64,000 nucleotides of DNA from Alphaproteobacteria bacterium (GTDB taxonomy: Bacteria > Pseudomonadota > Alphaproteobacteria > UBA828), in NCBI GenBank assembly GCA_965220745.1, contig CBDCQT010000012.1:480001-544000 (forward strand), read 5' to 3'. Shown here one piece after another: positions 1 to 9,857 of this stretch. The translations under genes and the position numbers were made by a program. The notes under the pieces were generated by a model. That model saw nothing but the letters and a program-made list of their open reading frames with translations. It was not told the DNA's origin and ran no database searches. How positions within the stretch are numbered: the first letter of the stretch is position 1; each line of letters starts with the position of its first letter.

Positions 1-110
1 AACTTCTAGGCTCGACCGGAGAGGGGTGCAAGATTCCCGGCCCGGCTAGCCCGCATACCTCACCAGAGTCACGCACTGCGCCGCGCGCCGCCTGTTTCGA
101 GGCGCACGAC

Positions 111-758
111 GTGGCCTGCATCCGCGGCGAGCGTCCGGTCTTCTCCGGAGTCTCGTTGCGCCTCGCCCGTGGCGGGGCGCTGACGCTCGTCGGACCCAAC
201 GGCGCCGGCAAGTCGAGCCTGATCCGTATCCTTGCCGGCCTGCTGAGGCCGGCCGGCGGCACGCTGACCTGGGAGGGCGCGCCGGTCGATGAGGACTGGG
301 CCGCTCATCGCCAGCGGGTCCACTACGTAGGCCACCTCGATGCGGTGAAACCCACGCTCACGGCGGCGGAGAACTTGCGCGACTGGGCACGCTTCAGGGG
401 TGCGTCGCGGGCTACGCCCGGTGCCCTCGAAGCGCTCGGAATCGAGGATTTGGCCGACGTGCCGGGGCGCTTCCTCTCGGCGGGGCAGCGACGGCGACTC
501 GCACTTGCGCGTCTGGTGGCGGTCCCTGCGCCGCTCTGGCTCCTCGACGAGCCGACGGTGACGCTCGACGCCGACGCATCGGCTCGCGTCGCCGCCATGA
601 TCGCCGGGCACCGGGCGGATGGAGGCATGGCGATCGTGGCGACGCACGGTGAGATCGCCCTCGACGGTGCTGACCGCCTTGACCTCGGAGATCATTCGGT
701 CCCCGCCGACATGTTGATGGCCGCAGGCGACGGGGAGTCGGAGGAGGAGCAGTGGTAG
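111..758 (+). CDS. ccmA: Heme ABC exporter ATP-binding subunit CcmA (true start probably upstream of 111)
   Basis: Walker A GPNGAGKS, LSAGQ signature, WLLDEP Walker B; precedes ccmB and ccmC. The frame is open back to the window start and encodes FEAHDVAC before the GTG. Confidence 0.93.
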   Translation: MACIRGERPVFSGVSLRLARGGALTLVGPNGAGKSSLIRILAGLLRPAGGTLTWEGAPVDEDWAAHRQRVHYVGHLDAVKPTLTAAENLRDWARFRGASRATPGALEALGIEDLADVPGRFLSAGQRRRLALARLVAVPAPLWLLDEPTVTLDADASARVAAMIAGHRADGGMAIVATHGEIALDGADRLDLGDHSVPADMLMAAGDGESEEEQW

Positions 759-1420
759 GCGTCTTCCTCCGCCTCATCGGTCGCGAGCTCACCCTCGCGG
801 TGCGAGGCGGCATCGGCACCTTGATGGCAGTGGTCTTCTTCGTCATCGCCGTGACGCTCTTTCCGCTCGGGGTCGGGCCCGAGCTCGGCCTGCTCAGCCG
901 CATCGCGGCCGGCGCCGTCTGGGTCGCGGCCCTGCTCGCGGCGCTCCTGTCCCTGGATCGCCTGTTCGTCGCCGACCACGAGGACGGCAGCCTCGAGCAG
1001 CTGATGCTCGGCGTGCTGCCGCTTGAGCTCGTCGTGCTGGCCAAGGCCGTGGCGCACTGGCTCACGACCGGACTCCCGCTGGCCGCCGCCGCGCCGGTGC
1101 TCGCGCTCCTCCTGAACATGAGCGTGGACGGGCTGGTCATCCTGATCGTCTCGCTGTTGCTGGGCACGCCGATCCTCAGCCTGATCGGCGCCGTGGGGGC
1201 GGCGCTCACCGTGGGCCTGCGCCGCGGCGGCGCGCTCATCGCGCTTCTGGTCTTGCCGCTCTATGTTCCCGTTCTCATATTCGGCGTGGGCGCGGTGGAA
1301 GGCGCCGTGCTCGATGTCGGCGTGCATGCGAACCTGTCGATTCTGGCGGGCGGGCTCGTGGGCGCTCTGGTGCTGGGACCGCTGGCGGCGGCGGCGGCGC
1401 TGCGCATGACGGTGGAATAG
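752..1420 (+). CDS. ccmB: Heme exporter permease CcmB
   Basis: Hydrophobic protein with LFPLGVGPE, DHEDGSLEQL and LVLPLYVPVLIFG motifs; overlaps ccmA. Confidence 0.95.
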   Translation: MVGVFLRLIGRELTLAVRGGIGTLMAVVFFVIAVTLFPLGVGPELGLLSRIAAGAVWVAALLAALLSLDRLFVADHEDGSLEQLMLGVLPLELVVLAKAVAHWLTTGLPLAAAAPVLALLLNMSVDGLVILIVSLLLGTPILSLIGAVGAALTVGLRRGGALIALLVLPLYVPVLIFGVGAVEGAVLDVGVHANLSILAGGLVGALVLGPLAAAAALRMTVE

Positions 1421-1442
1421 GTCGGGCAGGTCGAGGCCAGGC

Positions 1443-2216
1443 ATGGCGACACGGACAACGGGCGCGACGAGGCGAGGGAGGGTCGGATGGACCAGCATCC
1501 ACTTCTTTGCCAACCCGGCCCGCTTTCTCCGCGTGGCGCGAGCGGTCTATCCCTGGGCGGCGGGTTCGACGGCGGCGCTGATCGTGGCCGGCCTGGTGCT
1601 CGGCCTCTACGTGGCGCCGCCTGACTATCAGCAGGGCGACGCCTACCGCATCATCTTCGTCCACGTGCCGGCGGCGTGGATGTCGCTCTTCGTCTATGTC
1701 GTGATCGCGCTTTGCAGCGTGGCCAGCCTGGTCTGGCGCCACCCGCTGGCGGACCTGGTGGCAAAGTCGAGTGCGCCTGTCGGCGCAGCCTTCACCTTCA
1801 TCACGCTCTTGAGCGGATCGCTCTGGGGGCAGCCGATGTGGGGCACCTGGTGGGTGTGGGACGCGCGCCTCACCTCGATGCTGATTCTGTTCTTCCTCTA
1901 TCTCGGCTACATCGCGCTGCACTCTGCTTTTGACGATCCGGCCAAGGGCGCCCGCGTCGCCGCGATCCTGGCGCTGGTCGGCGTCGTCAACGTGCCCATC
2001 GTCAAGTTCTCGGTCGACTGGTGGAACACGCTGCACCAGCCCGCGACCATCTCCAAGATCGATGCGCCGTCGATCGACAGCTCCATGATCGCGCCGCTGC
2101 TGCTCATGGCGGCGGGCTTCATGGCCTACTATGTGACGGTGCTAATTCCGCGCGTGCGCGCCGAGATTGCGAGCAGGCGTATCCGAAATTTGCGAATGGC
2201 CCAGGTCTCTCGATAG
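1443..2216 (+). CDS. ccmC: Heme exporter / cytochrome c biogenesis protein CcmC
   Basis: WGQPMWGTWWVWDARLTS (WWD motif), HVP and WWNTLHQ. Confidence 0.96.
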   Translation: MATRTTGATRRGRVGWTSIHFFANPARFLRVARAVYPWAAGSTAALIVAGLVLGLYVAPPDYQQGDAYRIIFVHVPAAWMSLFVYVVIALCSVASLVWRHPLADLVAKSSAPVGAAFTFITLLSGSLWGQPMWGTWWVWDARLTSMLILFFLYLGYIALHSAFDDPAKGARVAAILALVGVVNVPIVKFSVDWWNTLHQPATISKIDAPSIDSSMIAPLLLMAAGFMAYYVTVLIPRVRAEIASRRIRNLRMAQVSR

Positions 2217-2250
2217 GGCCGCGCGGGTATCAGGTGAGGCGGGTGTCGCG

Positions 2251-3207
2251 CTAGCTTTCGGCGACGGCGCCCAGCTCCAGGTACTTCTCCCGCCGCTGAC
2301 TACGCAGGGACGCACCGTCGAGGCCGCGCAGGTCGACGAACGCTTCCTCCAGCGCCGAACCGGCCCGATCGATCGTGCTTGCCGCATCCCGGTGAGCGCC
2401 GCCCACGGGCTCCGGCACGATGCCGTCGATCACGCCGAGTGCGTGCAGGTCCTCCGCCGTCAGGCGCAACGCCTCCGCCGCCGTCTCCGCATGGGCCGCG
2501 TCACGCCACAGGATCGACGCGCACCCCTCCGGCGAAATCACCGAGTAGATTGCGTGCTCCATCATCAGCACGCGGTTGGCAACGCCCAGAGCGATCGCTC
2601 CGCCGGAGCCGCCCTCGCCGATGATGAGCGCGACCACGGGCACCCTGACATCGAGACAGGCCTCGATGCAGCGCGCGATTGCTTCTGATTGTCCGCGCTC
2701 CTCAGCGCCGACGCCGGGATAGGCGCCCGGCGTGTCGATCAGCGTCAGCACGGGCACCTGAAAGCGCTCCGCCAGCCGCAGCAGGCGCGACGCCTTGCGG
2801 TAACCTTCGGGGTTGGCCATGCCGAAGTTGTGGGCGACCCGGCCCTCGGTATCGGACCCCTTCTCCTGGCCGATGACCATCACGGTGTGGCCCTGGAGGC
2901 GCCCCAGCCCTCCGATCACCGCCCGGTCCTCGCCGAAGGCACGGTCGCCGGCAAGCGGCAAGAAGTCCGTGATGAGGCGCGAGATGTAGTCGGAGCAGTG
3001 GGGCCTGAGCTGATGGCGGGCGACCAGCGTCTTCTGCCATGGAGTGAGGCGGCTGTAGGTCTGCTTGAGCAGTCGGTCGACCTTGCCCTCGAGGCGCGAA
3101 ACCTCGTCGAGCATGTTGACGCCGCTGTCGTCGCTGAGGTGGCGAAGCTCCTGAAGCTTGCCTTCGATCTCCGCGATCGGCTTCTCGAAGTCGAGATAAC
3201 TGTTCAT
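2251..3207 (-). CDS. accA: Acetyl-CoA carboxylase carboxyltransferase alpha subunit
   Basis: YLDFEKPI N-terminus, [30 protein letters not shown]. Confidence 0.97.
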   Translation of the reverse strand: MNSYLDFEKPIAEIEGKLQELRHLSDDSGVNMLDEVSRLEGKVDRLLKQTYSRLTPWQKTLVARHQLRPHCSDYISRLITDFLPLAGDRAFGEDRAVIGGLGRLQGHTVMVIGQEKGSDTEGRVAHNFGMANPEGYRKASRLLRLAERFQVPVLTLIDTPGAYPGVGAEERGQSEAIARCIEACLDVRVPVVALIIGEGGSGGAIALGVANRVLMMEHAIYSVISPEGCASILWRDAAHAETAAEALRLTAEDLHALGVIDGIVPEPVGGAHRDAASTIDRAGSALEEAFVDLRGLDGASLRSQRREKYLELGAVAES

Positions 3208-3400
3208 CGACTCGCCCACTAACCCGCCTCATGTATAGCACGAGGCAACAATTCGACAATCGGAAGCTCGGATTATCGGCGCCCGTCTCTCGTCGCGACG
3301 GTCGCTCTTGGCAACCAGCCCCCGCTGCTGGCGCCATATGGGGTGCGCACTGGCGACGCGCAACCCGACCCTTGCAGCGCGTGCGAGCGGGGCCGTTGCC

Positions 3401-4687
3401 TCAGGCGTCGCGGCCTCTGGCAGCGCGGGAGCGCGGGATTACCCGGAGCTGGGTGATCTGATTTCGCCTGCGGGCGCGGACCTCAAATGTGAAGCCGTAG
3501 AGCGAGAAGGACTCGCCGATCTCGGGAATCTCCTGCGCCTCGTTCAGCACGAGGCCCGCGATGGTTGCGGCCTCCTCGTCGGGGAGATCCCAGTCGTAAC
3601 GCCGATTGAGATCGCGGATCGCGACGGTTCCCGGAATCAGGAACGAGCCGTCGTCGCTCTCCACCACCTCGCTGAGCGCGACGTCGTGCTCGTCGACGAT
3701 CTCGCCCACGATCTCCTCGATGATGTCCTCCAGGGTCACGAGGCCCATCAGCGAGCCGTATTCGTCGACGATCAGCGCGAAGTGAGCCCGACGCTCGCGG
3801 AACGAGTGGAGTTGCTCGTCGAGCGGCGTGGTCTCGGGCACGAACCAGGGCTCGGTCACGATCGACATGACGTCGAGTCGGTCGAGGTCGGCGAGGTTCG
3901 CATGCATCGCCCGCAGCAGGTCCTTGGCATGCAGGACGCCCACGATGTTGTCCGGCTCGCCCTTCCAGACCGGCAGACGCGTGTGGGGGCTGCGGACGAC
4001 CTGGTCGAGGATGTCGGCGGGCGCCGCGTCGGCGTCGATCATCTCCATGGTCTTGCGGTGAGTCATGACCGCGCCGACTTCGATCTCCTCCAGGTCGAGG
4101 ATGCTGCGGAGCATGTCGCGCTCATGCTTGACCATGGCGCCTTCCTGCGCCTGCAGGGCGATGGTGCCCCGAAGCTCCTCCTCGGCGGCGCTCGCCGTCC
4201 TCGGTCCCTGGGAGGCCCCGGCCGCGCTAAGCGTCGCCGAGACGACCAGCCTTACGGCGCCGACAATGGGGGAGAGCAGCCACACGATGGGGCGCAGCAC
4301 CGGCGCCACCCTGAGTGCCACCCGGTCGGCATCGCGGATCGCGTAGGTCTTCGGCAGCACCTCGGCGAAGACCAGAATGACCAAGGTCATGCCGATCGTC
4401 GCATAAGCCACGCCGGCGTCCCCGACCACCGAAATCAGAACGCTGGTGGCCAGTGCGGAGGCGAGGATGTTGACGGCGTTGTTGCCGAGCAGAATCGCGC
4501 CGATCAGTCGCTCCCGATCGTCGGTGAGCCGCTCGACCGCACGCGCGCGCCTGTCGCCGGCGCCTGCCAGATGGTGCATGCGCGGGCGGGAAGCTGCGGT
4601 CAGGGCCGTCTCAGAGCCTGAGAAAAAGCCCGATAACGCGATCAGCAAGCCGATCGCGCCGATGGTGATGGCAGTCTCGGTCGTCAT
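3401..4687 (-). CDS. HlyC/CorC (CNNM) family transporter with DUF21, CBS pair and CorC domains
   Basis: SGFFSGSETAL, AEVLPKT, HTRLPV, VDEYGSLMGLVTLEDIIEEIVGEI. Confidence 0.92.
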   Translation of the reverse strand: MTTETAITIGAIGLLIALSGFFSGSETALTAASRPRMHHLAGAGDRRARAVERLTDDRERLIGAILLGNNAVNILASALATSVLISVVGDAGVAYATIGMTLVILVFAEVLPKTYAIRDADRVALRVAPVLRPIVWLLSPIVGAVRLVVSATLSAAGASQGPRTASAAEEELRGTIALQAQEGAMVKHERDMLRSILDLEEIEVGAVMTHRKTMEMIDADAAPADILDQVVRSPHTRLPVWKGEPDNIVGVLHAKDLLRAMHANLADLDRLDVMSIVTEPWFVPETTPLDEQLHSFRERRAHFALIVDEYGSLMGLVTLEDIIEEIVGEIVDEHDVALSEVVESDDGSFLIPGTVAIRDLNRRYDWDLPDEEAATIAGLVLNEAQEIPEIGESFSLYGFTFEVRARRRNQITQLRVIPRSRAARGRDA

Positions 4688-4739
4688 GGGTGCGTCGTTG
4701 AGGATTGTGGAGGGATGTAATTCGGAGGCGCCGTGAACT

Positions 4740-5885
4740 TCATTCGCCGAAGGCTTGGTCGAGCAGGGCAGCGAGCGCCTCCGGAGGCACGTCCCGGCTG
4801 AGGAAGGCGTGCCCGATGCCGCGTGTCAGGACGAACGTCATCCGTCCGCCCTGCATCTTCTTGTCATGTTTCATTCGCTCGATCAGTGCGGCTGAGTTCC
4901 ACCCGATCGCGGGAAGGGCGTCTGCCTCGCTGGGCAGCCCGACCGCGCGGAAATGGGCCGCGACCCGCGCGGCGTCATCCTTGCTGCACAGGCCGAGGGC
5001 TGCGGAGAGTCGGTGCGCCAGCACCATGCCATAGGCCACCGCCTCGCCGTGCAGGAGCGATCCGTCGTAGCCGGCCTCCGCCTCCAGGGCATGGGCGAAG
5101 GTGTGTCCCAGATTGAGCAAGGCCCGGCTGCCGCTCTCGCGCTCGTCGGCGGCAACGATGCGGGCCTTGGCCCGGCACGAGTGGGCCACGGCGGTCCGCA
5201 GCACGTCCGGATCGCCGTCGAGGAGCGCCGGACCGTTGGTTTCGAGCCAGGTGAAGAACGCCGGGTCGTCGATGAGGCCGTATTTCACGACCTCGGCATA
5301 GCCTGCCCTGCGCTCCCGCAGCGGCAGCGTGGCCAGCGTCACCACGTCGGCGAGCACCAGGCGCGGCTGGTAGAACGTCCCGATCAGGTTCTTGCCGTGG
5401 GTGCTGTTCACACCGGTCTTGCCGCCGACACCGCTGTCCACTTGGGCAAGGAGCGTTGTCGGGATCTGAACGAAGGGGACGCCGCGCAGCAGGATGCTCG
5501 CGGCGAAGCCGGTGAGGTCGCCCACGACCCCGCCGCCCAGCGCCACCAGCGCGGTCGACCGCTCGATCCCGCGGTCCAGGATGTCGTCCAGCACGCCACC
5601 GAGCGTTGCCAGGTCCTTGCTGCGCTCCCCCGCCTCGACGATCAGGTGGGAGGGCGCGAAGCCGGCCCTCCCCAGGGCGTCGAGCGTCGCGTCGAGATAA
5701 AGCCCTGCCACGACGCGGTCGGTGACCACAACCGCCGAGCGGCCTGCCAGGAGCGGCGCCATGAGCCGTCCCGCCTCGCTGACGAGGCCGGCACCCACCA
5801 CGACATCGTAGCTGCGCGGGCCGAGTTCGACACGCACCGTCTCCCGGTCATGGTCGGTTCGTGGGTCGGGGTCCGCTGTGCTCAC
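4740..5885 (-). CDS. aroB: 3-dehydroquinate synthase
   Basis: GGGVVGDL, PTTLLAQVDSGVGGKTG, LNLGHTFAHALE, LHGEAV; GTG start at 5885 chosen just downstream of aroK. Confidence 0.96.
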   Translation of the reverse strand: MSTADPDPRTDHDRETVRVELGPRSYDVVVGAGLVSEAGRLMAPLLAGRSAVVVTDRVVAGLYLDATLDALGRAGFAPSHLIVEAGERSKDLATLGGVLDDILDRGIERSTALVALGGGVVGDLTGFAASILLRGVPFVQIPTTLLAQVDSGVGGKTGVNSTHGKNLIGTFYQPRLVLADVVTLATLPLRERRAGYAEVVKYGLIDDPAFFTWLETNGPALLDGDPDVLRTAVAHSCRAKARIVAADERESGSRALLNLGHTFAHALEAEAGYDGSLLHGEAVAYGMVLAHRLSAALGLCSKDDAARVAAHFRAVGLPSEADALPAIGWNSAALIERMKHDKKMQGGRMTFVLTRGIGHAFLSRDVPPEALAALLDQAFGE

Positions 5886-5889
5886 CGCG

Positions 5890-6483
5890 TCAGGCCTCGA
5901 CGCTCGCCGATGACGGATCGGGACCCGGCTCTCGCTGCTGTGCCTCGACATGCGCGCCGAGCGCGCCAAGCACCGCCTCCACCGTCTGTTCGTGCGGTCC
6001 GTCCCCGCTTTCCACGACAACGTCGGCCTCGGCATAGATCGGGTGACGCTCGTTCATCAGCCGCTGCAGGATTTCGCGCGGATCGCCGCCGGCCAGCAGC
6101 GGGCGATTGTTGCGCCGCGAGACGCGGGAGACCAGCAAGTCGAGGTCGGCGCGCAGCCACACCGATATGCCGCACGCCCGGATCGCCGTGCGCGTTTCGG
6201 GGTCCATGAACGCCCCGCCGCCCGTCGCCAGAACGTGCGGCGGGCGGGTCAGCAGCCGGGCGATGACCCGCCGCTCGCCGTCGCGGAATGCCGCTTCGCC
6301 GTGTATCTCGAAGATGTCCGAGATCGAGCATCCCGCGGCGCGCTCGATCTCTTCGTCCGCGTCGACGAACGGAATGCCGAGTCGGCTGGCGAGCCGGCGG
6401 CCGATCGCGCTCTTGCCCGCACCCATCAGGCCCACGAGGACGACCGAGCAGTCTATCCGTAGGCACCCCAATTCTGCCGTCAT
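5890..6483 (-). CDS. aroK: Shikimate kinase
   Basis: GLMGAGKS P-loop, [18 protein letters not shown]. Confidence 0.95.
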   Translation of the reverse strand: MTAELGCLRIDCSVVLVGLMGAGKSAIGRRLASRLGIPFVDADEEIERAAGCSISDIFEIHGEAAFRDGERRVIARLLTRPPHVLATGGGAFMDPETRTAIRACGISVWLRADLDLLVSRVSRRNNRPLLAGGDPREILQRLMNERHPIYAEADVVVESGDGPHEQTVEAVLGALGAHVEAQQREPGPDPSSASVEA

Positions 6484-6650
6484 CGGCTCAGCGGCACACT
6501 CCGCCCCGCCCGGCCGCGGGTCGTTGAAGCGCCGCGCTCGCGCCGATAGACTGCCACACCATCGCCATAATCCGATTCTAACACACAAGCGTCGAATGCC
6601 TCGCGGCTGATTCAGCGTCGACGCGTGTTCAGGAGTGAAGGCACGTCCCG

Positions 6651-6779
6651 TTGAAAGTCCTCGTCATCATCCTCTTGCTCATCATCGGCGGCGGAATCGG
6701 ATTTCTTTTGACCTGGGATATCCCCCCGCCGCCCGGTCCGGTCGAAAAGGTGCTGTCCAATGATCGCTTCGAGAAGTGA
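6651..6779 (+). CDS. Small (42 aa) single-TM membrane protein, absent from the ORF track
   Basis: TTG start; [42 protein letters not shown]; AGGAG upstream at 6631; stop overlaps the next start (GTGA). Confidence 0.75.
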   Translation: MKVLVIILLLIIGGGIGFLLTWDIPPPPGPVEKVLSNDRFEK

Positions 6780-8677
6780 GAGCACCCCCGGTTAGTCGGA
6801 TGTTCCGACTGCCTCTTCGCCGCTCGCGAGTTGGCCGAAAGCCATGGTCCGCGCTTGTCGGCGCATTTCTTCCGGCTGTTCTGCTGCTGATCGCATCCGC
6901 GGGTGAAGGCATCGCTCAGGATTCCGATGAGCCGTTGCGGCTGATCCCGCAGCAGCAGAGCGAGGACGTCGACGAGAGCGGCTCGGAGCCGGGCGAGGAC
7001 GAAGGCGCGTCCCCGAACATCGATTCGGTCGTGGGCGCAGAGGGTACCGCCGCGACCGCTTCGGCCGCTCCCGCATCGGCCGAAGGCGGCATCCGTGTGG
7101 GCGCGCTCGAGGCCATCGATCCTGATGCGGCTGGCATTCCGGTCGAGGGACTCGAGCCGTTTCCTGGCGATCTCTGGTCGGGCTCGCGTCGCTCAAGGAT
7201 CGAAGCCTTGCTGCCGCGCCTGCCCGTCGCGGCGCCTTCCTTCACCATGCGGCGACTCGCGTTGGGGTTGCTCACCTCGCCGTCGCAACCGCCTGCTGGT
7301 GAGGGCGAGGCCGGTGCACTCGCCCTCGTGCGGGCCGAGCGCCTGGTGGCCATGGGTGCGCGCGACGCTGCTCTTGCGCTGCTGGAGAGTGCCGGTCCGG
7401 CCGGGGGTCAGAGTCTCACCGCCCGGATCGAGAACGACCGCCTTCTCGCTGCGTTCGACCTCGACACCGCTTGCGCGCAAATCCTCGGCAAGGCAGGGCG
7501 GGCCGGCGATGGTTATTGGCGCCGCGTGCGCATCCTGTGTCAGGCGCACGCCGGCATGATTGAGGCCGCAACGCTCGGCCTGGAGCTGCTGCTGGAAACC
7601 GATACCGCGTCCGATCAGGTGTTCGACGACACGATCTATGCCATGGCGGGGTTGGCCGAGCCTGTCGTGGATTCGATGGCCGATCCGACTCCCCTGCGCG
7701 TCGCCGCCTGGCGGCTTGCGCAGCTCCCGATCCCGGTGGAAGCGGTGGGGAGAGCAGCGCCCGATGTGCTGCCGGCGATTGTCGTCGCGCCGGAATCCCT
7801 GCCGGGGGCACGGCTGCTGGCGGCGGAGCGCGCGGAGGCGACCGGCACACTCCCCATTGAAGCCCTTCGCGATCTCTATCGAACCATGTCGTTCTCGTCG
7901 GAGGAGCGCGCCGATGCCCTGGCGCAGGTCGAATCGCTGGAACCGCCGCTCGGCCGCGCCTTGATGCTCCAGGCGATCGAGACAGAGACGGCGCCTGCGC
8001 TCAGGGCGGAGCTGCTGGCGGAGGCACTCTTTCTTGCCGAGGCTCAAGGGGCTCACGGAACTGCGGCGCGAGCGTTCGCGCATCTGGTGGGCACGGTGCC
8101 GCCAGCGCCCGCGCACGTCTGGTTCGGCGCGGCGGCCGGGCGAGCTCTCATTGCGGCCGGCGAGCTCGATGCGGCTGCACGCTGGTACGCACTGGCCACG
8201 GACCATGGCTCGCGCAACCCCGAAGCGTTGCGCGCCTCGTTGCGGCTCTGGCCGTTGATGCTTCTGAGCGGCGATGACGATCATCTGACCAAGGCCAAGT
8301 TCGACGCGTGGCTTTCTCTGCGGGCCGACGAGGGCGGGCGGACCGTCGCGGTCGCGCGGGCGAACTGGCTGGCGATTCTGGTCGATGCGCTCGGAGGCCG
8401 CGTAGACCCGCAGGTCTGGGATCGCCTGTTGCTCGACGAGCCACCTGTGGCAGCGCGGGGGCCGGCGCTGGCGCTGGCGAACGGACTGCTGAAGGCGGCC
8501 GAGGGCGGGCAGCTCGGCGAAACCGTCCTGTTGGCGCTGCTGCTGCTCGGCGACGCCGGCCCCGCCGCTGCAGGCATCGCGACCGTCGGGCCCGTGGTCT
8601 CCAGCCTCGTTTCTGCCGACCTGCAGGAGGAGGCGCGGGCGATCGCCCTGGAAGCGGCGCTCGCGGCGGGGCTTTGA
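6776..8677 (+). CDS. Exported alanine-rich helical hypothetical protein upstream of xerD
   Basis: 633-aa ORF with signal-like segment, acidic linker and DLWSGS motif; translationally coupled on both sides. Start uncertain. Confidence 0.75.
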   Translation: MRAPPVSRMFRLPLRRSRVGRKPWSALVGAFLPAVLLLIASAGEGIAQDSDEPLRLIPQQQSEDVDESGSEPGEDEGASPNIDSVVGAEGTAATASAAPASAEGGIRVGALEAIDPDAAGIPVEGLEPFPGDLWSGSRRSRIEALLPRLPVAAPSFTMRRLALGLLTSPSQPPAGEGEAGALALVRAERLVAMGARDAALALLESAGPAGGQSLTARIENDRLLAAFDLDTACAQILGKAGRAGDGYWRRVRILCQAHAGMIEAATLGLELLLETDTASDQVFDDTIYAMAGLAEPVVDSMADPTPLRVAAWRLAQLPIPVEAVGRAAPDVLPAIVVAPESLPGARLLAAERAEATGTLPIEALRDLYRTMSFSSEERADALAQVESLEPPLGRALMLQAIETETAPALRAELLAEALFLAEAQGAHGTAARAFAHLVGTVPPAPAHVWFGAAAGRALIAAGELDAAARWYALATDHGSRNPEALRASLRLWPLMLLSGDDDHLTKAKFDAWLSLRADEGGRTVAVARANWLAILVDALGGRVDPQVWDRLLLDEPPVAARGPALALANGLLKAAEGGQLGETVLLALLLLGDAGPAAAGIATVGPVVSSLVSADLQEEARAIALEAALAAGL

Positions 8678-9672
8678 CGCGTCGTAGGCGGCCACGGACG
8701 GCCGAAGCCGCGCTCCGCGAGGGCGACGCGGCCGCCATCGAGGCGTTTCTCGAAATGGTTGCCGCAGAGCGCGGGCTCGCCCGCAATTCGATCGACGCCT
8801 ACCGGCGGGACCTCGCCTGTTTTGCCGCCTATCTCGCGCCGTCGCGTATGGCCCTGGTTGAGGCCGACTCCGCGTCGATCCGGGGGTTCGTGGCGGAACA
8901 ACGCCGCTCCGGCGTTGCGGCGCGCACCGCGGCGCGTCGGCTCTCCTGCCTGCGCCAGTTCTATCGGTTCCTGTTGACCGACGGCCGGCGTGACGACGAT
9001 CCCACTGCGACGGTGGATTCGCCAGTGCTCCCTCGCACGCTCCCCGGCGTGCTCAGCGAAGAGGAGGTCGAGAGGCTGCTGGCGGCAGCGTGGCCCGAGG
9101 ACGATGCGGCGAAGATGTCGCCCAGGCGCGAGGCCGACGGGCTTCGCCTGCGGGCCATGATCGAGCTGCTTTACGGCAGCGGTCTCCGTGTTTCGGAGCT
9201 GGTGTCGCTGCCGCTCCACGCGATCTCCGCCGAGACGCAGAGCCTGTTGGTGCGGGGCAAGGGCGACAAGGAACGCCTGGTTCCGCTCGGGGCGCCAGCC
9301 CGCCGGGCGCTCGACGCCTATCTCGCGGTGCGCGATCGTCACCTGGCGAACGGAGCGCCGTCCCGCTGGCTGTTCCCCTCGCGCGGCGCGAGCGGTCACC
9401 TGACGCGGCATCGACTTGCGCAGATGCTCAAGGCGCTGGCGCAGGCGGCGGGGATCGAGCCGAGCCGGGTCTCGCCCCACGCGCTGCGCCATGCCTTCGC
9501 CAGCCATCTGCTCGCCAACGGGGCGGACCTGAGGGCGGTGCAGAAGATGCTCGGCCACGCCGACATCGCGACAACGGAAATCTACACCCATGTCCTCGAC
9601 GAGCGGCTCAAGCGGCTGGTCGAGGCCGGGCATCCCCTCGCCGCCGCCGGCCGCGCGCGCTCGGGCGGCTAA
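8674..9672 (+). CDS. xerD: Site-specific tyrosine recombinase XerD
   Basis: ERGLARNSIDAYRRDL, GLRVSEL, GKGDKER, SPHALRHAFASHLL, LGHADIATTEIYTHV; TTG start overlaps the previous stop. Confidence 0.93.
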   Translation: MTRRRRPRTAEAALREGDAAAIEAFLEMVAAERGLARNSIDAYRRDLACFAAYLAPSRMALVEADSASIRGFVAEQRRSGVAARTAARRLSCLRQFYRFLLTDGRRDDDPTATVDSPVLPRTLPGVLSEEEVERLLAAAWPEDDAAKMSPRREADGLRLRAMIELLYGSGLRVSELVSLPLHAISAETQSLLVRGKGDKERLVPLGAPARRALDAYLAVRDRHLANGAPSRWLFPSRGASGHLTRHRLAQMLKALAQAAGIEPSRVSPHALRHAFASHLLANGADLRAVQKMLGHADIATTEIYTHVLDERLKRLVEAGHPLAAAGRARSGG

Positions 9673-9857
9673 AGACATGCTCGAGCAGACATATTTCAGC
9701 CCTGTACCCAGGTCGCCGGTTGTCGGCCTGCGGCGCGCTGTACTAATGTGCCCGACTGCCGCGGGCCATGTAACCGCCGCAGGGGAAGAGCCGTCTGGAT
9801 GGGCCTGCGAGCGATCATGGAGCACAGACTCGGCGTTCCGGGGATGACGGACAGGCG

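Noticed and set aside
1-110. Riboswitch upstream of ccmA
   Set aside because: No recognisable cobalamin, TPP or other aptamer core; the region is probably coding or the end of an upstream gene.
8674-9672. Prophage or island integrase
   Set aside because: Motifs and context fit chromosomal XerD; no att sites or phage genes.
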